This document shows, piece by piece, positions 19,659 to 28,953 of a stretch of DNA of 64,000 nt. The notes under the pieces are model-generated. The model did no database searches. It was not told where the DNA came from and saw nothing but the letters and a program-made list of their open reading frames with translations. Both the position numbers and the translations under genes were made by a program. The stretch comes from Carpediemonas membranifera BICM. Lineage: Eukaryota > Protista > Fornicata. Numbering within the stretch: position 1 is the first letter of the stretch; every line of letters starts with the position of its first letter. Where the stretch lies: contig JAHDYR010000036.1 in assembly GCA_019828565.1 (NCBI GenBank), positions 1-64,000 of the forward strand, written 5' to 3'.

Positions 19659-21630
19659 ATATCCCACACCTCGCCCACGCATCAGCCGCGCTCAACGCCC
19701 TCCTAAAGGGATCGCCGCAGAAGTCGGCCCCCCTCGATTGGACTGCCACTGAGGACGAAGCATTCGCCCGTATGAAGACCCTAGTAGCCGAGCACACCGC
19801 CCTCGCGCTCCCAGACCTGAGTGCAAAGTGGACTCTCGAGACCGACGCATCGTCGACCGCCATCGGTGGTGTACTGTGGCAGGGCGAGGGTGACGAGAAG
19901 GTCCCACTCGCCTTCTACAGCAAGACCCTCGACGAGACCCAGCAACGGTGGTCCACGGTGGAACAGGAGCTTTTCGCCATTGTCTATTGTGTAACGCGAC
20001 CAGAGTTTTCCCCCCTCTTCAAGCTGAAGCCGTTCGAGCTTCGCACGGACCATCGTAATCTGATATGGCTACTCAGGAAGACAGACGAGGACGGCACTAA
20101 GAAACTGACACGATGGCGACTCACCATGACAGAGTATCCGTATAACGTCACACACATAGCTGGAGCGCAGAACCTCGTAGCCGACGCACTGTCGCGGCCA
20201 TCATCTCAGCGCAAGAACGAGGTGCGCCGCTCGATCGACCACGTCACCACGACGCGCCAAGAGCAGATCACCAGGGCGCACGCCGGTGCACAGGGCCACG
20301 TCGGCCCAGACCAGACCATCGCCAATCTGAAGCAGTCCGGTGTCACGTGGCCAGGCATGTCGGATGACGTCCGCGCGACCTTACGCCAGTGTCCAATCTG
20401 TCGCAAGACAAAGCCAGCCCGCAAGGAGCCGATCAAGTGGCACTCTGTGGCGTTGGCTTAAAGCAAAAGGGTGTTTATCAATTGATTACTCCACAACTCT
20501 ACTCAGCGCATCCGCCCATTCGAGACGGTGCAGGTGGACACCATTGGCCCTTTGCCCGAGAGAGACGGTCTCAAGTACGTCATCACGGTGGTGGACGTGT
20601 TCTCGAAGTTCACCATATTGAAGCCCACACGGTCAACGAGCGCAGCCGAGGCAGCAGCCGCATTGCTGGAGATCTGGGCGACTTTCGGCGTCCCGGCCGA
20701 GCTCCAGTCTGACCAAGGTACACAGTTCAGGAATGCCCTAGTCGAGGAGATGAACGAGCGACTGAGCCTCAAGCACCGGTTCAGTACGGCATATCATCCG
20801 GCCAGCAACGGCGTAGTCGAACGCCTGAATGGTACCGTCATGAGACGCTTAAGAGCGCTCCTGCTGGACGCCCGCGACGACAACTGGCCCGCATACCTGC
20901 CCATCGCCCAGCACGTTATCAACGCCACCCGCCACTCCACCACAGGCCTCAGCCCCTTCGAACTATTGTTCGGACGCAAGTCAACCATGCTGCGCGTCGC
21001 GCCCGACGCCCTGACCAACGCAACCCAGATGCTCGAGCCTGGCTCAGTCGAAGCCGACGACATCGTCCGCTTCCAGGCCCACGTCACGTCGCTCCAACAA
21101 CTTGCCGCGATCAAGGTCAAAGCCTACGAGGTAAACAAGGCTGCAGGCTCCCCGGACAGCACACGGGCCTGGGAGAACGAATCCTACGTCCTGCTGAGAT
21201 ACCCGGGCAAGCCGCCGACCAAGCTACTCCCGCCTCTGCGCGGACCGCTCCGCATGGAGGGGAAGGGCGATCACCCCAACACCTACAAGGTGATGGATCT
21301 CGTGTCGAAGTGCGTCGCCACAGTCCACGCAGACCGACTCGTCACATTCCACGCCGACGGCCTCACGGAGAAGGAGCTCGAGGAAATTGCCGCCACGAGC
21401 AAGATGAACAACCCGTGGAGGCAGTCGTAGGCCACCGTAAGAAGAAGAACGGCTCTCTGGAGCTACTGATCCGTTGGGAAGGCCTCACCCCCGACGAGGA
21501 CTCATACATCCCCTATAATCGCTACTACGACCAGCTCGAGGCTATCGACAGTTATCTCGAGCTCAATCCTGGTCTCAAGCCGATGTTTGAGAGTGCTAAG
21601 AAGAAGTTCCGCAGGAGCGGTCGCCGTTAG
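19659..21630 (+). mobile_element. 5'-truncated, disrupted Ty3/gypsy (chromovirus-type) pol: RT connection, RNase H, integrase, chromodomain
   Basis: LETDASSTAIGGVL, EQELFAIV, LRTDHRNL, NLVADALSR (RNase H); H..H..CPIC zinc site; VDTIGPLP, SDQGTQF, YHPASNGVVER (integrase); VEAVVGHR...LLIRWEG (chromodomain, frameshifted near 21400). Confidence 0.93.
20446..20495. mobile_element. 50-bp miniature insertion with TGTGG...CCACA ends and 4-bp target duplication ACTC
   Basis: ACTC at 20442-45 and 20496-99; removing the insert plus one copy restores KWHSTQRIRPFE in frame. Confidence 0.8.
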
Positions 21631-21655
21631 TCGTGCGACACGCACTGGGAGGAAG

Positions 21656-22138
21656 TGTGCCCTTAACCTGCGGAATTCGTAAACAGTCTTTATCATATTT
21701 CTGGGCCCTAGCACGGCACACGCCCGAGCCTGTCCCGGACCTAAACGACGAATCCCGTCGCAGGTCACGGTATCCCGCTCGCCGAGGCGTCGAGTATAAG
21801 GGTCAAACCCCATAACCAGTGTTGGAGTCGCTGGTGAGGGACCTCTTGACAAGCCAACCAAGCTGTCACGATCAGCAGCCGTAACTCTGGGACTGATCAC
21901 CTCGGACGCACGGTACCACGACGCCCCTCACGAGGAGGCTGCAAGGCCCTCGAGTCGCCTTTCCTTTCTTGTTGAGTTCGCGTCGCTGAGGCTCCACAAA
22001 CTCTTGGCTTTCTGCACCTGTTTCGCCGACCATCCACAGCAAGCTTCAGGGTGGGAAGTGAGATTTTAGAGTCAAGTCAAGTAAAGTCGCTCTTCGTCTC
22101 TTCGGCTTATAGGGTTCCCCTTCGGGTTTTTTCGCACA
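21656..22138 (+). repeat. Putative 3' LTR of the gypsy element
   Basis: Purine tract GGGAGGAAG (21647-55) then TGTGC; possible matching end GCACA at 22134-38; TATAA near 21795. No second LTR is present to confirm the right boundary. Confidence 0.45.
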
Positions 22139-22265
22139 AAACCTCATCGTTCTGTTCACGCCGGATATACACGGATACATGAGCCAGACTCGCATGTATA
22201 TACCATAAATCGCTTCATCACCTGATCCCACCCACACTCACTACACGGCCCCGAGTATTTATCTC

Positions 22266-22823
22266 CTACACCGCCTTGATGGGATGGGTCCCGAAGGCCT
22301 TGAAGTCCATGACGCCGTTGTTCCGGTCCTGCAGATTAAAGACACGCCCGAGCATCTCACGGAGCCGGGTGACCCGTGCGGTGTCGCTGCATTGTGTCCA
22401 GACGTATAAGATGTCGTCCGCGGGGCGGATGCTGATGATGGCGCCGGAGATCTGCCCATTCAGGCTCCCCTGCTCGTCCGTGAATTGGTTTCCGATGAAT
22501 GCAAGGATGAACTCCTCCCAGAACAGACTCGCGAACCCCTTCTTGAGGTGAATGTGAAACCTCCCACCGTTGGCGTTTGCTGGGTCTTCCCAAAGCGGCT
22601 TAATGTGAGAACGGAAAAGCATAAGCGATTGAGATGCCTTATCAGCAAAGTTGGGCTTGATAATGTGCTGGTACAGTGCCCAGAAGTCCTCCACTGTGTC
22701 GAATGAGCACATCTCAATAATGTTCTTCGCCCAGTCTACGAAATTGGTAGCCTTCTTTCCCTTTGCTTTTTGCTGTTGCAATTGTTGGAAGTGGAACGTG
22801 AACGAATCCGGGAGGTTGTGCAT
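22266..22823 (-). CDS. eIF4E: Translation initiation factor 4E family protein
   Basis: FDTVEDFWALY, LFRSHIKPLWEDPANANGG, WEEFILAFIG, ISGAIISIR; ATG at 22823. Confidence 0.95.
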   Translation of the reverse strand: MHNLPDSFTFHFQQLQQQKAKGKKATNFVDWAKNIIEMCSFDTVEDFWALYQHIIKPNFADKASQSLMLFRSHIKPLWEDPANANGGRFHIHLKKGFASLFWEEFILAFIGNQFTDEQGSLNGQISGAIISIRPADDILYVWTQCSDTARVTRLREMLGRVFNLQDRNNGVMDFKAFGTHPIKAV

Positions 22824-22935
22824 TTCTCCTCGCGGTTTTCTCACCACACGAATTACGTAAATTCCGAGAATTACATTGATGATATGTGAATTACACCATG
22901 GCGCTGTTACACTATATTTACTACCACGCTTCGCC

Positions 22936-25239
22936 TTACGAGCTCTTGAGCTTCCTCATCAGCTCATGGACGACCTTCTTCTTTGGCCCAGCGCTCGTGC
23001 CACCCTTGTAGTTCGAAAGCACCGCGTACAACAGACCTGGGTCGAGGCCGTTGTACTTGCTCTTCCGGATGGCGGCGTTGAGGTATACCGTCATGTCCGG
23101 CTCGTCTGTGAACAGGCTACACAGCTGGGTGAGCTTGGTCCACGGCGACACCAGTTCGACGTGCTCCTCGAGCAGCTGTTCCAGTACCAACTCCTTGGCG
23201 ATGCCCCGGGCCCGCCCCATGTACTCTATGTGCTTCTGCATGGCCCAGCGGTACTTCTCCAGGGCTTTCTTGATGAGTGTGACGGTGTGGATGTTGAATG
23301 ACACGAAGACGTTTGTCCACAGGCTTGTCATCTCGTCGCTGAGGGCACTAAAGATGGCGTTAAACAGCTTGGCCTGCATGCTGAGGTCGAAGTCTGTGAA
23401 CTGGCTCACGCCGCTCAGCACGGACGTCGTCACGTCCACGGCCCAGTCAGGCGCCTCTGTCGGTTCCGTGGCCGGTGCGTACTGGGCCTTGTCGCTCTGG
23501 ACCATCGCGTTGAGGTGTCTGCGGTACTGCCCGGCCACTGCCACGAAGGACCGGCCGATGATCATGTCGCAGTCCCGCCCAATGTCTGTCGCCAGGGTCG
23601 ACCGGGTCATACCCTGGTCCCGCAGCACCGCGACGATGTGGGGCAGCGTGTTCTTCAGGGCGACGGCGTCCAGGATCATCTGTGTCAGGGAGCCCGCGCT
23701 GTTGTGCTCGCTGGCCTCGTCGATCAGCCGGTCCCACCGCTGAATGCACGTCGCGTGGGTGAACTTGCCGACGTCCCCAAGGATGTCCTGGTCGGGCAGG
23801 TGACGCCCCCACTGACCGTAGTCCGCGATGTAGTCCTCGATGCACTCCGTCACGTGCCACAGACGGTGGGAGCACTTTAAGGCCATGGGGAGCTTGACGT
23901 CGCCCTTCTCGACGAGACCCCACGTCTGGGCCCTGGCGAGGATGTTCGTTTGTTGGGGCCCGATCCCGAACGGCATGGTGGCGCTCGGCTTACCGGCCTC
24001 GAGGTGGTTCTGTGCGGCGCTGAGCATCCGGTCGGCGAGGACGAGGCCGACCTGTCCCAGGGCGTCGTATATCGGGGTGATGTTGGCCTCGATCGGCTCG
24101 ATGACGCGGCAGAAGGCGAGGATCTCGTCCTTGATACGGCACAACTGCTCGGGTGCCACCTCGAAGGCGATCCGTTCGGCTTCGGCGGCGATGGTGTTCA
24201 CGGCATCCCTGGTCCAGGCCTGGAGGTCGGCCCGCGGCATGGCCCTTGTCTCGAGCTCGACCGCGACAAAACCCAGTAGCCGCTTGAGGGGGTTTCCCGA
24301 GGCGAGGGAGAAGGACTCGAGGTCTGACGTGCCGTGGTGCATCCGGCTCTGCTGGTACAGGGCGACGAAGTCCGCGCCCATGTCGAGGGTGTCGATCGAG
24401 TCGCTGATCTGGGTGAGCCAATGGGTGTCGACGCTGGCAGTGGAGGCCGCACCCGCCTCGTCCGCTGTGAACAGCGACGACAGGAACTCAGTCTCCATGC
24501 CAGTCGAGGCCTCTCCGCCCAGCATGCGGCGCCGGGCCCGCCGTGCGCTCGTGCTCTCCATTCTCCGCAGGGTCTCTTCGAGGATGGCGGACCCGAGCTC
24601 CTCTGCCTGCCCGCGGACGGTGGACAGCCACCGCTTCTCCTCCTCGATGCAGGACAGCGCCATCCGCTCCCGGAGGTCGGCGATGACGTCCTTGACCTGG
24701 CGGCCGGCAGCATAGCCCTGCAGCTCCGGAGCATCGACGGGGACGCGGTTGATGAGAGACACCGCGCGCTGGATGCGGGCGGCGTCGAACTTGATGGCGC
24801 CCGTGGACTGTGCCGAGGTCCCAAGTCTCCTCTCGTCAGCGAGAGTCGCCCGGGCGCGGGACACCGTCTCCAGGGCCGCGGACAGCACCGTCATGTTACG
24901 GATGGACGTGTGGAGGTCCCGCATCTTCTCACGGGTCTGGATGAGCGTCTCGGCCTTGGACACAACGCTGTGCCCGGTGAGCTGGAGCCCGCTCTGCATG
25001 GCTGTAAGATTGGACCGAAGACGGCGTACACGCTTCTGGATGTCATGTATCCTGTCTCCTGCGTTCACAAGATCATCGTATTTGTCTCTAATAAGGGTGT
25101 GAACGTCATTTTGCCCCATTTCGATCAAAGATTGCAGTTCCTTTGATGCCTGAGCGACATCACCGCGTTCTATTAGGGCACGAACACCACTCTCGGGCTG
25201 CTCACTGTCTAATATGCTGACACGGAGGAATCCTTCCAT
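22936..25239 (-). CDS. Exocyst subunit Sec15/EXOC6-like
   Basis: ~767 aa helical protein; N-terminus (GVRALIE...DVHTLIRDKYDDLV) and length resemble Sec15; divergent. Confidence 0.6.
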   Translation of the reverse strand: MEGFLRVSILDSEQPESGVRALIERGDVAQASKELQSLIEMGQNDVHTLIRDKYDDLVNAGDRIHDIQKRVRRLRSNLTAMQSGLQLTGHSVVSKAETLIQTREKMRDLHTSIRNMTVLSAALETVSRARATLADERRLGTSAQSTGAIKFDAARIQRAVSLINRVPVDAPELQGYAAGRQVKDVIADLRERMALSCIEEEKRWLSTVRGQAEELGSAILEETLRRMESTSARRARRRMLGGEASTGMETEFLSSLFTADEAGAASTASVDTHWLTQISDSIDTLDMGADFVALYQQSRMHHGTSDLESFSLASGNPLKRLLGFVAVELETRAMPRADLQAWTRDAVNTIAAEAERIAFEVAPEQLCRIKDEILAFCRVIEPIEANITPIYDALGQVGLVLADRMLSAAQNHLEAGKPSATMPFGIGPQQTNILARAQTWGLVEKGDVKLPMALKCSHRLWHVTECIEDYIADYGQWGRHLPDQDILGDVGKFTHATCIQRWDRLIDEASEHNSAGSLTQMILDAVALKNTLPHIVAVLRDQGMTRSTLATDIGRDCDMIIGRSFVAVAGQYRRHLNAMVQSDKAQYAPATEPTEAPDWAVDVTTSVLSGVSQFTDFDLSMQAKLFNAIFSALSDEMTSLWTNVFVSFNIHTVTLIKKALEKYRWAMQKHIEYMGRARGIAKELVLEQLLEEHVELVSPWTKLTQLCSLFTDEPDMTVYLNAAIRKSKYNGLDPGLLYAVLSNYKGGTSAGPKKKVVHELMRKLKSS

Positions 25240-25332
25240 GTATGCGTCGGATTGTGATGTCTTGGCAAAATACACGTACAAACATGAGAATCAATGGGCA
25301 ATAAAAATCAACGTCCTGGCTCAGTTTAAACC

Positions 25333-26478
25333 CTACAGCCCCTCCTCGTCGCTGTCCATGAGGTCATGGCTCCCCAGCGGGATCGCGGTCACCGGCGCTG
25401 ACCCGGTATAGTCTAAATCGTCGACGGTGCGGACGGGCTCGCCCATGCTGGGCTCTACATCGAGGGTCGTCGTGACCCTCCAGCCCCGCACCACCTTGTC
25501 CTGACCGAATGTCAGCAAGATGTGTGTCTCTGGGTAGTAGCGGCACCCGACCACCGGGGCAGAGGCGACCTTCCATGTCTTGGCGCACTCCCCTGTCGAG
25601 GCTACGAATGCCCGGGCGAACCCGTCGTCCCCCGTGGTGAAGAGGAGGTCCGTCTCGAGATCCGTGTACGCCACGCCCTTGACCTTTCCCAGGTGGCCCG
25701 CGAACGAACGTATGAACACGGCAGCCCCGACCTGCGAGACGTCCCACATGGCCGCCGTCCGGTCGAAGCTGCCCGTGAATAGGATCTGGGACTCGGCGTT
25801 GTAGTCGACAGCCCGCACAGAGCCCTTGTGGCCCTTCATCGCCTCGAGCTCAACAACCTGTGCCGTGCGCTCCGCGTAACGGCCGATGCGGACAACCTTG
25901 TCGTAACTGGCGCAAAAGACACGGTCGTAGCGGGGATCGTAGGCGCAGTCGAGGAGGACGGACTTCTTGAACCGGCCGCCGACGATGGTCTTCTTGGCGG
26001 GGTTGTAGAGGCGGACCATCTTGTCCTTGCCGACAGAGATGATGAGGTCCTTCTCCGCGTTGTATGTGATGTAATTGATGCGGTCCTTGTGGATGTCCAG
26101 CTGGTGTGCGAGCTTGGCGGACTTCGTCTCGAGGTCTATGGTGACAATGAGCATAAGGCCGTTGTCCAGCCCAATCAGGAGGTTAGAGCGCTTGTTGTCG
26201 AACGAAAGCGCGGTAGCTTTGCTTGCGGTGTTAATTGCAGCATGGCGTGTGTATCTGCCGTCCTGCTGCCTGAAGAATATGGCGACAGTGGCGTCCTCGG
26301 AGGCGGTGACGTAGCACTCGTACTCGGAGATGTACAGCGCATCGCAGACAGTTTCAGTGTGCTCAATAAGTTCAATCGCAAGTCCTGTTGTGAGCTTCAT
26401 ATGGGATTGAGAGATGTTGGGTTCAGGAGCGTGCTCAATGCTCGTCTTGCAAGAAAAAAGATTTGGACTCTCTTCCAT
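25333..26478 (-). CDS. WD40-repeat protein, WDFY1/2-like but without a FYVE finger
   Basis: GH...WD repeats; VTASEDATVAIFFRQQDGRY resembles the first WDFY blade. Confidence 0.85.
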   Translation of the reverse strand: MEESPNLFSCKTSIEHAPEPNISQSHMKLTTGLAIELIEHTETVCDALYISEYECYVTASEDATVAIFFRQQDGRYTRHAAINTASKATALSFDNKRSNLLIGLDNGLMLIVTIDLETKSAKLAHQLDIHKDRINYITYNAEKDLIISVGKDKMVRLYNPAKKTIVGGRFKKSVLLDCAYDPRYDRVFCASYDKVVRIGRYAERTAQVVELEAMKGHKGSVRAVDYNAESQILFTGSFDRTAAMWDVSQVGAAVFIRSFAGHLGKVKGVAYTDLETDLLFTTGDDGFARAFVASTGECAKTWKVASAPVVGCRYYPETHILLTFGQDKVVRGWRVTTTLDVEPSMGEPVRTVDDLDYTGSAPVTAIPLGSHDLMDSDEEGL

Positions 26479-26677
26479 GGGGTTCGGGCACAGCTACGGT
26501 CGCTCCCGCCACTCAGTTCGGTGTTAGATCGCTATAGTAAGCCGTTTCTTTCAACTCGACCCAAGCTACATGATTGATCGTGACCAAAGAGACAGCATAT
26601 CATTTACGTAAAACCGTTTATATATAATTCCCAGGAGCCCAGTTGCTCAGAAATTAAGTATCATTTACGTATTTACC

Positions 26678-26985
26678 TCAGTTGTAGAAGTCGTCACCGT
26701 CGTCGTCAAGTGCAGCCGCCCGCTGGCCCGTCATGGGGTTGTCCTCGGCAAACCTGAAGGCGTCCCCGCCTGCGACGGCAGTGTCGATCGACAGGCTCTG
26801 ACGGAACATCTCGTACTTCTGGAGCTCGGCGTCGGACTTGCGGGCATAGCCCATGCCTCCTCGAAGTGGCGCCGCTCGATGCGGTTGGTGGGGGCCTGGG
26901 CGTCGTACGCCTCCTCGTTGAAGACCTCACCATTGGCCTCGATCTCCTGCTTGATGAGCTCCTTCTCCTTCTCCCGCCGGATGTC
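26678..26985 (-). pseudogene. CDC48: CDC48/p97 C-terminal fragment, frameshifted
   Basis: IERRHFEEA.., ARKS.DAELQKYEMFRQSL, terminal DDDGDDFYN* (HbYX tail) in shifting frames; no AAA domains upstream. Confidence 0.85.
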
Positions 26986-27160
26986 ACATGGGCCGGACGC
27001 CAGCTGACTCGGGCAAGCTCGAGGGCAGCCTCCCGAAGCCCACACTCAACCTGGGCTATGAGAAGCGATAGACGCGTGGCGTTGGTGATGATCATGCTCC
27101 CAGGCATGTGAAGATGTGCAAAAAAAATTGGACAAAGGGAAATTGAACCTGGGTCTTAGC

Positions 27161-27930
27161 TCAGGACCTGCCAACTGGCCTATGGCCGAGTCCCCGTGCC
27201 GTAGCTCGAGTCTGACCATATGAGGGGAGACCACTGCGATGAGGGCTGAGTTCTCGGGGAGCACTGAGAGATGGTCGGACAGAGTCGAGGGTCACTCGCC
27301 GCACCAGTGTAGTGTTTGCTGCACGGGCGATGTCACGCATCGTCCCGGTCCATCTGGACAGCGTCTGGGTGATGTCGGCTGGAGCTATGGGGCTCTGGGG
27401 CAGGGCGAGCTCGGGCAGCATGGGCGGGACTCCGGCGCCGTGGGCAGTGTCTGCTGGGTTTGAGACGGAGACGGAGCCACTGGATGAGAGACGAGATGAC
27501 GCAGAGGAGGATGAAGAGACATCCGAGCAAGAGCCCAGTCCCGACCCCACACCCACCCCAGAAACTGTAACCAATGGATCGGCCTCAGCTTGCTCGGATG
27601 CCGCTTCCGTCTTTTTATCATCCTCGTCCCCCCTAGTGCCCCACTCCTGGTTTGCTCCGGCTCGGTCTCAACTGTGACAAATGGCTCGGCCTCAGCGGAC
27701 TCCACTTGTACTTCCTCCTCGATCTCGCTCTCACTGTCGCTTTCATCCGGCAGCCCTCCCGGGACCATGCCCAGCCGCATCGTCTACCGTTGGAGCCTGT
27801 GCCGCCGCCACCGCAGCCTCCTCCTGCTCATCTTCTCCCTCTCCCTGCTGAGACAGCGCTGCAACCTTGGCCCTGCGTCCTGACAGTCGAGTCGCATGAT
27901 GCTGTCCACTTCGACTTTGGCGAAGCTGAT
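27161..27930 (-). pseudogene. Broken acidic/low-complexity coding fragment
   Basis: Overlapping short ORFs with E/D-rich segments and an internal duplication (AEAEPFVTV / AEADPLVTV); no family recognised. Confidence 0.3.
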
Positions 27931-28163
27931 TCATAGAGACGAGACCAAGGGTCGGGGTGATAGTTATAAAGAAGGAATTACTTTTAGACTGGCAGAGGGT
28001 GGCTCGGCAGACCCCAGCAGCTGGTACGCAGCCTCCGGGCACACGCAGCCCCATGGTTGGCAGCAGGGTGGATGAATAATGTCGAAAATGTGGTTTCGAC
28101 ATTATTCCCACATAATCCACAACACAAAGCAGCACAAATGAGCTGCTCAAACGATAGAGGCAT

Positions 28164-28757
28164 TTACATGCTGGGGGTGGCGTTGGTGGAGTGCTTGGAG
28201 TGCTTCCGCTTCTTGTTCTTGGACTTGGGAGTGTCCCTGTCGCGATGCTTCTTGGCCTTCGGTGTCTCGGAAGGAATTGGCTGTGACTCGGCGAACTCGA
28301 CAGCCTTTTTAGCGGGCTCAGTGTCCTTCTGAGACAGCTGAGACGGCTGAGAGTCCTTCTTCTCCTTGGGCTCGTCCTTCTTCTCCTTGGGCTCGTCCTT
28401 CTTCTTGAGCTGCATCAGGATGGACTTGCTGTTGCGGTTCAACGCCTGGATCTCCTCGTGCTCCATAAACTCGTCGTACTTGTCCTTGGGGACCTGGTGG
28501 TAGTCATCGAAGCCAAGGTCCTTGGCAGCGTGCGTCAGCGCCTCGAATTCCGCTGTAGAGTAGCGGCCCTTACTTACCTTCTGTTGGGCGTCCTCCTCCA
28601 CGTTGGAAGCCTTCTCAGGGGCAGTCTTGGGCATCTTGCGCTTGTTTTCACTCGGCTTGTGGCGAGCGAGGAGAATTTGGTCGCAAATCTCGCCCATTGC
28701 CTTTCCAGCCTCCATAAGTTTGTAGAACAGTTCGTATTCTTCGTTTGAGGTGTCCAT
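28164..28757 (-). CDS. Hypothetical protein with possible Myb/SANT-like motif and Lys-rich tail
   Basis: ATG at 28757; KGRYSTAEFEALTHAAKDLG...LNRNSKSI; strong coding-like codon use. Confidence 0.65.
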   Translation of the reverse strand: MDTSNEEYELFYKLMEAGKAMGEICDQILLARHKPSENKRKMPKTAPEKASNVEEDAQQKVSKGRYSTAEFEALTHAAKDLGFDDYHQVPKDKYDEFMEHEEIQALNRNSKSILMQLKKKDEPKEKKDEPKEKKDSQPSQLSQKDTEPAKKAVEFAESQPIPSETPKAKKHRDRDTPKSKNKKRKHSKHSTNATPSM

Positions 28758-28953
28758 CGTATTAATAGTGTCGAAGAAAAATGGGCTGAGTGAGAAAAAT
28801 GCAAAAATTCTTTTTCGCAGTCTTTGGCCTTCGTTTATGAGTCCCCAGCCCCCATGCGGACCATAAACCCAGCCCGTCGCCACCCCGCCCAGTCCTCGGT
28901 CCCGCCCAGCCCACCCACCCGCCCCTCAAGCGGCTCGGCTCGACTCCCCTCCG

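Noticed and set aside
21390-21410. Programmed frameshift between integrase and chromodomain
   Set aside because: No slippery heptamer; the element is already truncated and disrupted, so mutation or sequencing error is simpler.
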